Assembly: GCA_009777575.1 (NCBI GenBank)
Contig: WRLO01000001.1
Location: forward strand, 15,493 to 79,492
Source: Candidatus Cloacimonadota bacterium
Lineage (GTDB): Bacteria; Cloacimonadota; Cloacimonadia; Cloacimonadales; WRIO01
Reading direction: 5' to 3'
Length of the DNA stretch: 64,000 nt
The notes below the pieces were generated by a model. It was not told the origin of the DNA. It made no database searches and saw only the letters and a list, made by a program, of their open reading frames with translations. Made by a program: the position numbers and the translations under genes. This document shows, in pieces, positions 55,884 through 64,000 of the stretch (the first letter of the stretch is position 1; each line of letters opens with the position of its first letter).

Positions 55884-56606
55884 ATGTTTTTTTTAAATAA
55901 AGAGATTGATGAATCATATAAAAACACAAATAATTATGAAGGTGAAACATTTGAATATGACGAAAATGATGAAGAGGTAAAAGAAGCTGTTTGGAAGAGA
56001 TTATTAAAGCATTTTGGAGCAATTATTATCTCCGGTATACTCTTCATGGTATTCTTTGTCATTTTTGTGTTATCTTCAAATTCAGCTTTTGCAAATTTCA
56101 TAACTTCACGAGGAGTTGTTGCAGTTCCCAATATTCAAGGAGCTGAGATAAACAATGCTCGCAGAGTGTTGGAAAGTTTATCGTTAAAAATAGATATAAT
56201 GGATACAGAGTTCAACGAACTTCCAGAAGGCTATATAATCAATCAAATACCAGCCAGTGGACGCGAAATATATGTAAATAGGACAGTTCAGGTAATAACA
56301 AGTAGAGGTCAGAAACTTGTAACAATGCCAACCCTGCGTGGCGCACCATTTCATAATATTAATGATGTTCTTCGAACTCATGAATTGAGGTTAGGGACTG
56401 TAACTCGTCGATATTCGAATGAGGTAGCATCAGGTTTCATAATAACCACAGCACCACCATCTGGGGAAAGTATCATGGCAGGCACTGAAATAAACATAGT
56501 TCTAAGTATAGGCAGAGATCCTCTTGATCCTTTACCAATGCCAATAGAATTAGAACCGCCACCATTTCATTTTTTTGGTGATTATATAGAAGAAAGCATT
56601 TTTTAA
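55884..56606 (+). CDS. PASTA-domain membrane protein without a kinase or transpeptidase domain
   Basis: Acidic N-terminus, TM IISGILFMVFFVIFVL, and two PASTA-like repeats (VAVPNIQGAEINNARRVLESLSL...; VTMPTLRGAPFHNINDVLRTHEL...). Confidence 0.8.
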   Translation: MFFLNKEIDESYKNTNNYEGETFEYDENDEEVKEAVWKRLLKHFGAIIISGILFMVFFVIFVLSSNSAFANFITSRGVVAVPNIQGAEINNARRVLESLSLKIDIMDTEFNELPEGYIINQIPASGREIYVNRTVQVITSRGQKLVTMPTLRGAPFHNINDVLRTHELRLGTVTRRYSNEVASGFIITTAPPSGESIMAGTEINIVLSIGRDPLDPLPMPIELEPPPFHFFGDYIEESIF

Positions 56607-56625
56607 AATATAAGGAAGGAATTAA

Positions 56626-59600
56626 ATGACAATTAAACTGAAACTATTTATTTTGAGTATGTTAACAATCTTTTTAACTATTTCTTTTTTAGTATCAAAT
56701 GATTTAGATGATTTTTATCCGGGTATACTCACGGTCTGCTTTAGCGCTGACATGATAGGAAATTCAAGAGGAGATTTTATTATAACTCACGAAAACGGCA
56801 TAGTTCAAACCCCCTTTGATTGGTTCAACGAATTGGCTGAGGAATTTCAAATAATCAATCTCACTCAGAAATATAGGGTTAATAACTCTGAATGGAATCT
56901 AAATGGACAACATCCAAGTAATATATATCGAATTGAAGTCGGTGACCACAGCCGAACAAACAGATTATTGGAGATTTTATCTACAAGAAATAACGATGTA
57001 TTATTTGTAGAACCTGAAGCAATCAACAGGTTTTTCTATGATAAACCTGTTAATAATTCATCGAATTTTTCTACTCTTTCTGAATGGAAAAACTATTTGT
57101 CATCGTTAGAAGGAACTAGATATATTCCAGATGATCCACTTATTAACCAACAATGGGCTTTAGAAAAAACACAAGCTTTCGATGCTTGGAGTATTCAAAA
57201 AGGCTCACCTGATGTTGTAATAGGTATAGTTGATTCTGGTGTAAAATGGAATCATGAAGATTTAGCAGCAAACGCATGGGTAAACGAAGCAGAACTCCCT
57301 GGTATCTCAATAAATTGGAATACAGGCATGATAACCGGTGGAGATGGTATTGATAATGATGGCAATGGATTTGTAGATGATGTCATGGGCTGGAGCTTTG
57401 CGTCACCAATCATTGGAGGTGTTGGTTCCAATAATCCATTTCAGAGTCTAAATGGGCACTGGCATGGGACTCATGTAGCAGGAACAGCCGCTGCAGTAGG
57501 TGATAATGGATTGGGAGTGATAGGATTAGCTTTCAATTCAAAATTTCTGGCAACCAAACATAGTCCTTACAATCAATGGACAAATTCTGTTACTGATGGT
57601 TATGCAGGAATATATTATATGGTAAATTCAGGTGTTCGAATAATTAACTGCTCTTGGGGTGGTGGTGGAAGTTCATCAGAAGCCAATCTAGCTGGAAATT
57701 ATGCAAGGGACCACGGTTCATTAATCATAGCAGCTGCCGGTAATAACGATAGTAGCTCGATGTTTTATCCTGCTGCTGGAGAGCATATTCTAAGTGTAGC
57801 ATCAACCGCAAGCAATGATATAAAATCATCATTTTCTAATTTTGGTACTTGGATAGATATTTCTGCCCCGGGTTCAGATATATTTTCTACATATTATACA
57901 AGACCAGCTGGAGAAGACACTTATGAACAAGCTGGTGGAACATCAATGGCAGCCCCTCATGTAGCAGGCTTAGCCGCTCTTATATTATCTCAAAATCCAG
58001 CCTTAACAGTAGACGAATTGAAAGAGATTATTTTAGAAGGTGCTGACAACATCGATCACCTAAATCCAGCATACATTGGTCTTCTTGGTGCAGGTCGAAT
58101 AAATGCTTATAATTCTGTGCTTTTGGCTCGACCATATGATTATGATTTAGGAGCAATGTCTCTGACGGGACCTGCTTCAGCATCTCAGCATTCAAATACG
58201 GCATTTATAGTAAGAGTAAGAAATAATGGATTAAATCCAGCTATAGGATTTACAATAAATTTAATGGCTGAAAATATTTCTACTCCATTGGCTACTTTGT
58301 CTGGACTAAGTATAGACAATGCAACTGTCGAAAATTTTACAATTTATTGGGAACCAGATCTAGTAGGTTTTTATAGACTATTTGCTGAAATAGAATGGGA
58401 TTTAGATGAAATAGCTCATAACAATCAGACAAGACTTTTCGATTTCTCTATTTTGCCTATAGGAATGAGTGAAATATTAGTTGGCAACCCGGACAGTAAT
58501 ACCAATAGAAATGATTCTTTTGTAAACTATTTTTTTAGAAATAGTATCACTCAAACGATTTATTTTGAGGAAGAATTGGTTCATGGAACAATTTATCAGA
58601 TGTCTGTCCGTTTTTCAGGACATGGCGATATACCGGGTGGGAGTGTAGTTTCAATATATATGGCAATGACAGATAAAACAAGTTTTACGAACAATACTGA
58701 CTGGGTTTTATACGATAATTTTACTGAAGTCTTTACAGGGCAGCTATCTGTAGGAGCTTCAGGTGTTTATACAGTAGATATTATTTTACAAAATCCATAT
58801 CATTACACCGAAGGTAATCTCGCTGTTTTGGTTTATAAAGACCATAATGCTTGGTATAATCAGAACAATGCTTTCCAATTTACTAGCATTCCTGGTAGTC
58901 ATAGGACAATACAATGGAGATCAGACCCAGTAAATCCCAATACAGACCCTTTCCCGAATGCAAATGGCAGATTAGAGGGTGTCACAAATGCTAATTTTCT
59001 TATTTTACAACATGATATTTTAAACCCACCAACAAATCTATCTGCTATTCTATTTGAGGATGGTGTTTTGTTGGAGTGGCAGGAACCTACAGATTTTAAT
59101 AATGAATTAATGGGATATATGGTTTATAGAAACCATGAGTTTTTAATTGAAACAGAAGCCTTGTTTTATCATGATAAATCAGTAGATAAGGATATGCAGT
59201 ATACTTACTCAGTTAAAGCATTGTACATAGCTGGGGAATCAAATGAAGTAGAAACATCGATAATAGTCCCATTGCTCAACCCTCCATTAAACTTAACTGC
59301 TAACACAGGTGAATACTTAAAAGTAGAACTGTTTTGGGATATGCCAGAAAAGCCTGTTTATGGTGATTTAATGGGATATGTTTTATTTAGAGACAATGAA
59401 CCTATTACTAGTGTTCTTCCCACTGAGACTCAAGAGTATGTTGATTTAGAAATCCAAAATTTAGTAAACTATGAATATTATGTGATATCTATTTGGGGTG
59501 GTGTAATTGAAGGTGAGTCAGAACCTTCAAATAAAGTGAATGTTACACTTGCATCATGTTTTGAAGACCCACTTTTACCCTTAACTACAGAACTGTTAGG

Positions 59601-59859
59601 AAATTTTCCAAATCCATTTAACCCCGAAACAAGAATAAGATTTACTCTATCAATAGATTCTATAGTTGTCATTGAAATATTCAATATCAAAGGTCAGAGA
59701 ATCAAAACCCTCGTTCAAGAACACTTTGATAAAGGATCTCACCAAATAGTCTGGGATGGAAAGGATGATAATGGTCGTGATTTAGGAAGTGGTTTGTATT
59801 TTTATCGAATGGTCGCAGAAGATTATTCAGATACAAAGCGAATGATACTTTTGAAATAA
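56626..59859 (+). CDS. Secreted subtilisin-like (S8) peptidase with a T9SS type A C-terminal sorting domain
   Basis: Catalytic triad contexts IGIVDSGV, HGTHVAGT and GGTSMAAPHVAG. C-terminus reads FPNPFNPETRIRFTL...GLYFYRMVAEDYSDTKRMILLK. Confidence 0.92.
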   Translation: MTIKLKLFILSMLTIFLTISFLVSNDLDDFYPGILTVCFSADMIGNSRGDFIITHENGIVQTPFDWFNELAEEFQIINLTQKYRVNNSEWNLNGQHPSNIYRIEVGDHSRTNRLLEILSTRNNDVLFVEPEAINRFFYDKPVNNSSNFSTLSEWKNYLSSLEGTRYIPDDPLINQQWALEKTQAFDAWSIQKGSPDVVIGIVDSGVKWNHEDLAANAWVNEAELPGISINWNTGMITGGDGIDNDGNGFVDDVMGWSFASPIIGGVGSNNPFQSLNGHWHGTHVAGTAAAVGDNGLGVIGLAFNSKFLATKHSPYNQWTNSVTDGYAGIYYMVNSGVRIINCSWGGGGSSSEANLAGNYARDHGSLIIAAAGNNDSSSMFYPAAGEHILSVASTASNDIKSSFSNFGTWIDISAPGSDIFSTYYTRPAGEDTYEQAGGTSMAAPHVAGLAALILSQNPALTVDELKEIILEGADNIDHLNPAYIGLLGAGRINAYNSVLLARPYDYDLGAMSLTGPASASQHSNTAFIVRVRNNGLNPAIGFTINLMAENISTPLATLSGLSIDNATVENFTIYWEPDLVGFYRLFAEIEWDLDEIAHNNQTRLFDFSILPIGMSEILVGNPDSNTNRNDSFVNYFFRNSITQTIYFEEELVHGTIYQMSVRFSGHGDIPGGSVVSIYMAMTDKTSFTNNTDWVLYDNFTEVFTGQLSVGASGVYTVDIILQNPYHYTEGNLAVLVYKDHNAWYNQNNAFQFTSIPGSHRTIQWRSDPVNPNTDPFPNANGRLEGVTNANFLILQHDILNPPTNLSAILFEDGVLLEWQEPTDFNNELMGYMVYRNHEFLIETEALFYHDKSVDKDMQYTYSVKALYIAGESNEVETSIIVPLLNPPLNLTANTGEYLKVELFWDMPEKPVYGDLMGYVLFRDNEPITSVLPTETQEYVDLEIQNLVNYEYYVISIWGGVIEGESEPSNKVNVTLASCFEDPLLPLTTELLGNFPNPFNPETRIRFTLSIDSIVVIEIFNIKGQRIKTLVQEHFDKGSHQIVWDGKDDNGRDLGSGLYFYRMVAEDYSDTKRMILLK

Positions 59860-59881
59860 ATGTTAGATATTGAGGTTTTTC

Positions 59882-60529
59882 TTGAGAAAAAAAGGTTTTT
59901 TAGTAACAATCGCCTCTCCTTCTGGAGGTGGAAAATCCACTATTTGTAAAGAGATTTTATCTATAAATCCTTTATTTTGTTATTCAATCTCTTGGACTAC
60001 GCGTAATATTAGAGGAAATGAAATTGATGGAAAGGATTATTTTTTCACAGATATTGAGACTTTTAATAAAAAGCTTAAAGCAGGATTTTTTATTGAATAT
60101 GCAGAAGTGCATGGGAATTATTATGGCACTTCAAAAGATTATCTAGAAAACTGTTTAAACGAAGAAAAAATAGTTCTCTTAGATATTGATGTTCAAGGTG
60201 TCGAATCGATAAAAAAACAAGGGTTTGATGTGGTATCTATTTTTATATTACCACCCAACGAAAATGTTTTGAAAAAAAGATTACTAGATAGAGGTACTGA
60301 CTCTATTGAGGTTATAAATAAACGATTGGAAAATTCTAAAAAAGAAATAAATTATTTACAGAGTTACGATTATTTAGTAATAAACGAAGATTTTTTAAAA
60401 GCTGTGGAAACTGTTAATGATATATTGGTAGCAGAAATGAATAGATTGAATAGATATGTTGACCCATTGAATTATTATTATATCAATTCAAATAATAGTC
60501 AATCAGAGATAGACACTACAAATTTATAG
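59882..60529 (+). CDS. gmk: Guanylate kinase (TTG start; ORF track began 12 nt earlier)
   Basis: SPSGGGKST P-loop, TTRNIRGNEIDGKDYFF, EYAEVHGNYYGT. GAGG lies 6 nt before the TTG at 59882. Confidence 0.9.
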   Translation: MRKKGFLVTIASPSGGGKSTICKEILSINPLFCYSISWTTRNIRGNEIDGKDYFFTDIETFNKKLKAGFFIEYAEVHGNYYGTSKDYLENCLNEEKIVLLDIDVQGVESIKKQGFDVVSIFILPPNENVLKKRLLDRGTDSIEVINKRLENSKKEINYLQSYDYLVINEDFLKAVETVNDILVAEMNRLNRYVDPLNYYYINSNNSQSEIDTTNL

Positions 60530-61478
60530 AAAATAAAATAGCTCCAATAACGCCAGCTTTATTACCATAACATGCTTTATGTATTTTTACATTCTGATAA
60601 ATAGATGTTAAATTTGAAAAAATTTTGTTTTTTATGTATTCAAAATCATAATTTTCATCTTCGACTAGTCCACCGCCTAAGATAATAGAACCAGGATCAA
60701 GAATCACAATAAGATTAGCAAGTCCCACAGCGAATATATCATATATCTGATATATCTTTTTTTGAATTTTTTTTTCATTTATTTTTAGTATACTATTTAA
60801 AGTCATATTATTTAAATCAGGGTATTCTTCAAAAATAATTCTTTTCATAGACTCAGCAGAACAATATGCCTCTAAACATCCTTTTTTTCCACACAAACAC
60901 AATCTACCGTTGGGGACAACAATAATATGTCCTGCTTCCATTGCCTTTAGATTTTCTCCTTTGAAAATCTTATTCAATGATTTTGAGAGTTTTTTATCAT
61001 CTATATTAGATATATTTTGCACAAAACCAGTTCCTATGCCGGTTCCTATGGTTATTCCAATAACATTTTTATCTGATAGTATCGAAGCTTCAGCGAGAGT
61101 CATCAAGTTTGCGTCATTTTCTACAAAAACAGGAATATTTGTTATATCATTTAGAATAGATTTAAGATTCAAATTTTTTAGAAACGGGAGATTTGGTGTT
61201 GAGTCAAGGACAACACCATTTTTTGTATCAACAATACCGGGTGTAGCTATTCCTAAAGCAGTAAAACTATGTTTATAATCACATCCCTCACTTGTTAATG
61301 AGGTCAAATCAGATAAAGCTTTATTAAAAAGTTTTATCAATCCTTCTAAAGATTTATCTTCATGATGCAATGTGTTAAAATATAACAACCCTTCTTTTTT
61401 ATTCCCATAACCATATTTAAGTGATGAGCCACCTAAATCAAAACCAATCGAATAACAATTATTTTTTTTGATTTCCAT
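60516..61478 (-). CDS. ROK family sugar kinase (glucokinase-like)
   Basis: Internal ATG gives MEIKKNNCYSIGFDLGGSSLKYG. ROK zinc motif CLCGKKGCLEAY. The upstream 44 codons of the ORF-track call overlap the neighbouring gene. Confidence 0.85.
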   Translation of the reverse strand: MEIKKNNCYSIGFDLGGSSLKYGYGNKKEGLLYFNTLHHEDKSLEGLIKLFNKALSDLTSLTSEGCDYKHSFTALGIATPGIVDTKNGVVLDSTPNLPFLKNLNLKSILNDITNIPVFVENDANLMTLAEASILSDKNVIGITIGTGIGTGFVQNISNIDDKKLSKSLNKIFKGENLKAMEAGHIIVVPNGRLCLCGKKGCLEAYCSAESMKRIIFEEYPDLNNMTLNSILKINEKKIQKKIYQIYDIFAVGLANLIVILDPGSIILGGGLVEDENYDFEYIKNKIFSNLTSIYQNVKIHKACYGNKAGVIGAILFSINL

Positions 61479-61887
61479 AAATCCACCATTCTCCTCTGTC
61501 ATAAATAAAATAAGACATGTAACCAAAAGATTCAGGTTCTGGAAATGTATTTCGAGCTTCAGTATTGTCCCAATAATTGAGTAAAAAAGAAGCAATCGCA
61601 TAATCACCAATTATTTCTATATCTAATATCTCAATATCCATTCTTGGAAAAAAAATTTTTATTTCATTCCAAATTATTTTTTGAGTGTGGAAGTCATCTC
61701 CAAAATGTAAAAAATCAGGATGGTAATTATTCATGATGGAATCAGTAGTGGACCAATTGAAAGCTTCTTCAACCATTTTTAGACGATCTGCAATCCGAGA
61801 ACGTTGCACATTGTCGTCATCATAGTTAGTGATACAAGCCAATAATGTTAAAGTTACAAGGTATATTAACAAAATTTTTGTTTTCAT
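61459..61887 (-). CDS. Small lipoprotein, NTF2-fold-like (DUF4440/SnoaL-like)
   Basis: Lipobox LTLLAC. 142 aa. The pattern of the alpha+beta cone fold is suggested only by length and hydrophobic periodicity. Confidence 0.6.
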   Translation of the reverse strand: MKTKILLIYLVTLTLLACITNYDDDNVQRSRIADRLKMVEEAFNWSTTDSIMNNYHPDFLHFGDDFHTQKIIWNEIKIFFPRMDIEILDIEIIGDYAIASFLLNYWDNTEARNTFPEPESFGYMSYFIYDRGEWWIYGNQKK

Positions 61888-62654
61888 TCTGTAAGTCTCC
61901 TTATATTTTTTTTCTTTATATAATTTAAAAACTGAATTACCAGAACAAGCTGGATTTCTAAATACTCTATATTTGAATTATTTAACAACACAATATCAGT
62001 CTTTTTCATTTTAACAGATTGATCAATTTGATTTTCTAAAATTGATATAACCTGCTCGTGAGTGCAGTTATCCCTTTCAACTACTCTATCTATTAAAATG
62101 TGATCTTCTGCTACAATTAAAATATTAAAATCAAAGCAATGTTCTAAATTGCATTCATAGAGCAATGGAATCTCAAAAAAAATTGGTTTCTTGTTATTAT
62201 TTTTATCGATAACATCGACATCATCCCTAATATTAATGAGATATGAAGATTGAATATTATTTTCGTTATGGTAAGAGCATTCTTGGTTGGGTTGGGTTGT
62301 GCAATAATCATCTAAAATAACTTGCAATCTATGCAAAATCCTTTTGTGCATATAATCATTTAAGGTTTTTAAATTTTTTTTATTTTTAAAAACTAAATTT
62401 CTCAATTTTTTGGTGTCAATTTTATTCTTTGAAATTATTTTATCACCAAAAATTTCTTTTAAATCCTTTATACTCTCATCTTTATCAAGAATTTCTTTAG
62501 ATATAGTATCAGCACTATATACATGATACCCGTTTGCTTTAAAAAAATTTGCTATCAATGTTTTTCCAGAACCTATATTTCCAGTGATACTGATAAAAAG
62601 AGGTCTGTTTTCTGCGTCTTTTAGAGAAGAGTTTAATTTATTGTTTAGCTTCAT
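61884..62654 (-). CDS. coaE: Dephospho-CoA kinase with a ~45-aa internal insertion
   Basis: ISITGNIGSGKT P-loop, ADTISKEIL, IPLLYE. The Asn-rich insert between core segments makes it 256 aa, against ~200 typical. Confidence 0.85.
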   Translation of the reverse strand: MKLNNKLNSSLKDAENRPLFISITGNIGSGKTLIANFFKANGYHVYSADTISKEILDKDESIKDLKEIFGDKIISKNKIDTKKLRNLVFKNKKNLKTLNDYMHKRILHRLQVILDDYCTTQPNQECSYHNENNIQSSYLINIRDDVDVIDKNNNKKPIFFEIPLLYECNLEHCFDFNILIVAEDHILIDRVVERDNCTHEQVISILENQIDQSVKMKKTDIVLLNNSNIEYLEIQLVLVIQFLNYIKKKNIRRLTE

Positions 62655-63384
62655 CTGTCAACATTTGAAATATTTCTTCAATACTAAGGTCAAGATATAT
62701 ATTTTGGTCTTTTGTAAATGAAATTCTGCCTGTTTGTTCAGAAACTACTAAGCAAAAAGCGTCAGAAACTTCAGTGATACCAATAGCAGCAAGGTGTCTT
62801 GTTCCAAAAGACTTTCCAAAATCTTCATTTTGGGTCAAAGGCAAAACTACTTTAGCTGCATATAGACGATCACCTCGAATAATGACAGCCCCATCATGCA
62901 AAATAGTAGATCTATTGAATATAGAAAGTAGAAGTTTTGAGGAAATCTTTGCATCAATTACATCGCCTGTGGCAATAAAATTGTCGAGTTTTTGATTTTT
63001 TTCAAACACTAATAATGCGCCTGTTTTTGTTTCAGAAAAAACAGTAATAGCATCTAAAATTGGATTAAAAGTCATTTTTATTGGATTTTTGAAAAGAGCT
63101 AATATGTTTTTACTTTTTGAGAGATCAGACAATAAACTCTTTATCTCACCATGGTAAATAATAATAATAGCTAGTATCCAATAGCTTTGTAGACCTCTCA
63201 TCAGAGATAAAATCATATTCCAATTGAAAATAATTGCAAGAAAATATAAAAGCAGTACAAGTACTAATAAACTAAAGAGTTCGATACCTGTAGTTTTTTT
63301 CATAAATACCAAGAGACCATAAAGCAGAAACGAAATAATGATGATATCAAAAATATCAGAGAAACTAGGTATCAAAAAATCCAT
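62638..63384 (-). CDS. cdaA: Diadenylate cyclase (membrane-anchored CdaA type)
   Basis: Three N-terminal TM helices. DAC domain motifs HDGAVIIRG, GTRHLAAIGITE and VVSEQTGRISF. Confidence 0.92.
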   Translation of the reverse strand: MDFLIPSFSDIFDIIIISFLLYGLLVFMKKTTGIELFSLLVLVLLLYFLAIIFNWNMILSLMRGLQSYWILAIIIIYHGEIKSLLSDLSKSKNILALFKNPIKMTFNPILDAITVFSETKTGALLVFEKNQKLDNFIATGDVIDAKISSKLLLSIFNRSTILHDGAVIIRGDRLYAAKVVLPLTQNEDFGKSFGTRHLAAIGITEVSDAFCLVVSEQTGRISFTKDQNIYLDLSIEEIFQMLTDEAKQ

Positions 63385-64000
63385 TTAAAACATCCAAGAT
63401 AGTGATTCTATGAGTTGTTTGTGCTCTTTTACATCATGAACTCTGATAATGTCAATATTTCTCATAAAAGCTACCACACTGCTGGCAAGTGAGCCAATTA
63501 ACCTCTCTTGAGGTTTCGATTCATAAATTTGGTTGATGAAGCTCTTTCTAGAGGCTCCAAGTAAAATAGGTAGTTTAAAACAATGGAAAAGCTCTATATT
63601 TCTAAAAATTTTTTGATTATGCTCAAAAGTTTTTCCAAAACCAATACCAGGATCAATAATAATTCTTTTTTCTGATACTCCTTTGCTTAGGCAAAAATCA
63701 ATCCTTTCTTTAAAAAAATCGATGATTTCATTAATGACATTTTTATAACACGGATTTATTTGCATGTTTTCAGGAGTTCCTTGTAAATGCATCAAAACTA
63801 TTTTTGTCTCTGGAAAATCTTTTAAAACATTGATCATGGTGTTGTCGAACCTTAGGGCATATATGTCATTAATCATATCTGCACCAGCTTCAATGGCTTT
63901 TCGAGCTACTTCAGATTTGTAGGTATCGATGCTTATTTTTGGATTTGAGGGGCATTCTTTTGAGGTGGTTTTAATTGTTTTTGATAATTTTTTAATTATT
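63385..64000 (-). CDS. folP: Dihydropteroate synthase, 5-prime end beyond the window
   Basis: The frame stays open upstream of the ORF-track ATG (63876) to position 64000 and encodes ISIDTYKSEVARKAIEAGADMINDI. Downstream motifs are IIDPGIGFGKT and LLGASRKSF. Confidence 0.9.
   Translation of the reverse strand, partial: IIKKLSKTIKTTSKECPSNPKISIDTYKSEVARKAIEAGADMINDIYALRFDNTMINVLKDFPETKIVLMHLQGTPENMQINPCYKNVINEIIDFFKERIDFCLSKGVSEKRIIIDPGIGFGKTFEHNQKIFRNIELFHCFKLPILLGASRKSFINQIYESKPQERLIGSLASSVVAFMRNIDIIRVHDVKEHKQLIESLSWMF

Noticed and set aside
1-64000. Looked for tRNA, rRNA, tmRNA, SRP RNA (especially upstream of ybaB-recR) and group II intron or retron features.
   Set aside because: The GC-rich hairpins found do not fold into cloverleaves or match the conserved cores I know. 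The ybaB upstream region is AT-rich and unstructured. No reverse transcriptase gene is present.

Overview
This is an AT-rich (roughly one-third GC by eye) bacterial chromosome segment. All protein family calls come from reading motifs in the translations; no searches were run. The organism looks diderm and anaerobic: it has lipoproteins, an OM beta-barrel protein, a T9SS-type C-terminal sorting domain on an S8 protease, and a desulfoferrodoxin / rubrerythrin / rubredoxin cluster. It is also flagellated.

The left ~18.7 kb is accessory and partly decayed:
- Two AlbA_2/Schlafen-type ATPase paralogs.
- Two DUF1016 (YhcG-like PD-(D/E)XK) genes, one split by a 148-bp MITE-like element with a flanking duplication.
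- An AbiH N-terminal fragment and a 5-prime-shortened ORF6N gene.
- A frameshifted serine recombinase.
- A compact 11-gene plus-strand cluster (3.8-13.5 kb) encoding only TPR, Cys-rich, secreted, lipoprotein and adhesin-like proteins with no assignable function.

The remaining ~45 kb is mostly core:
- MacB-type ABC pair, oxidative-stress genes, thiE-thiC, a Cache-HAMP-PP2C sensor, and an FHA protein translationally coupled to a lipoprotein.
- ybaB-recR, then a GGDEF / MalK-like / multi-HTH / EamA gene string, lepA and ferritin.
- A flbD-motAB-fliLMN(Y)OPQR block behind a perfect sigma-54 promoter.
- yebC-ruvCA-rsmB, a PASTA-only protein, gmk, a ROK kinase, coaE, cdaA and folP (partial).

No rRNA, tRNA or CRISPR array was seen.

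The strongest leads are:
- the surface-protein cluster;
- the MITE/hairpin repeat family;
- dense in-frame palindromes with compensatory changes in both DUF1016 paralogs;
- a conserved direct-repeat box upstream of three accessory promoters;
- a nine-module HTH array protein;
- an orphan sigma-54 promoter plus terminator that could define a small RNA.
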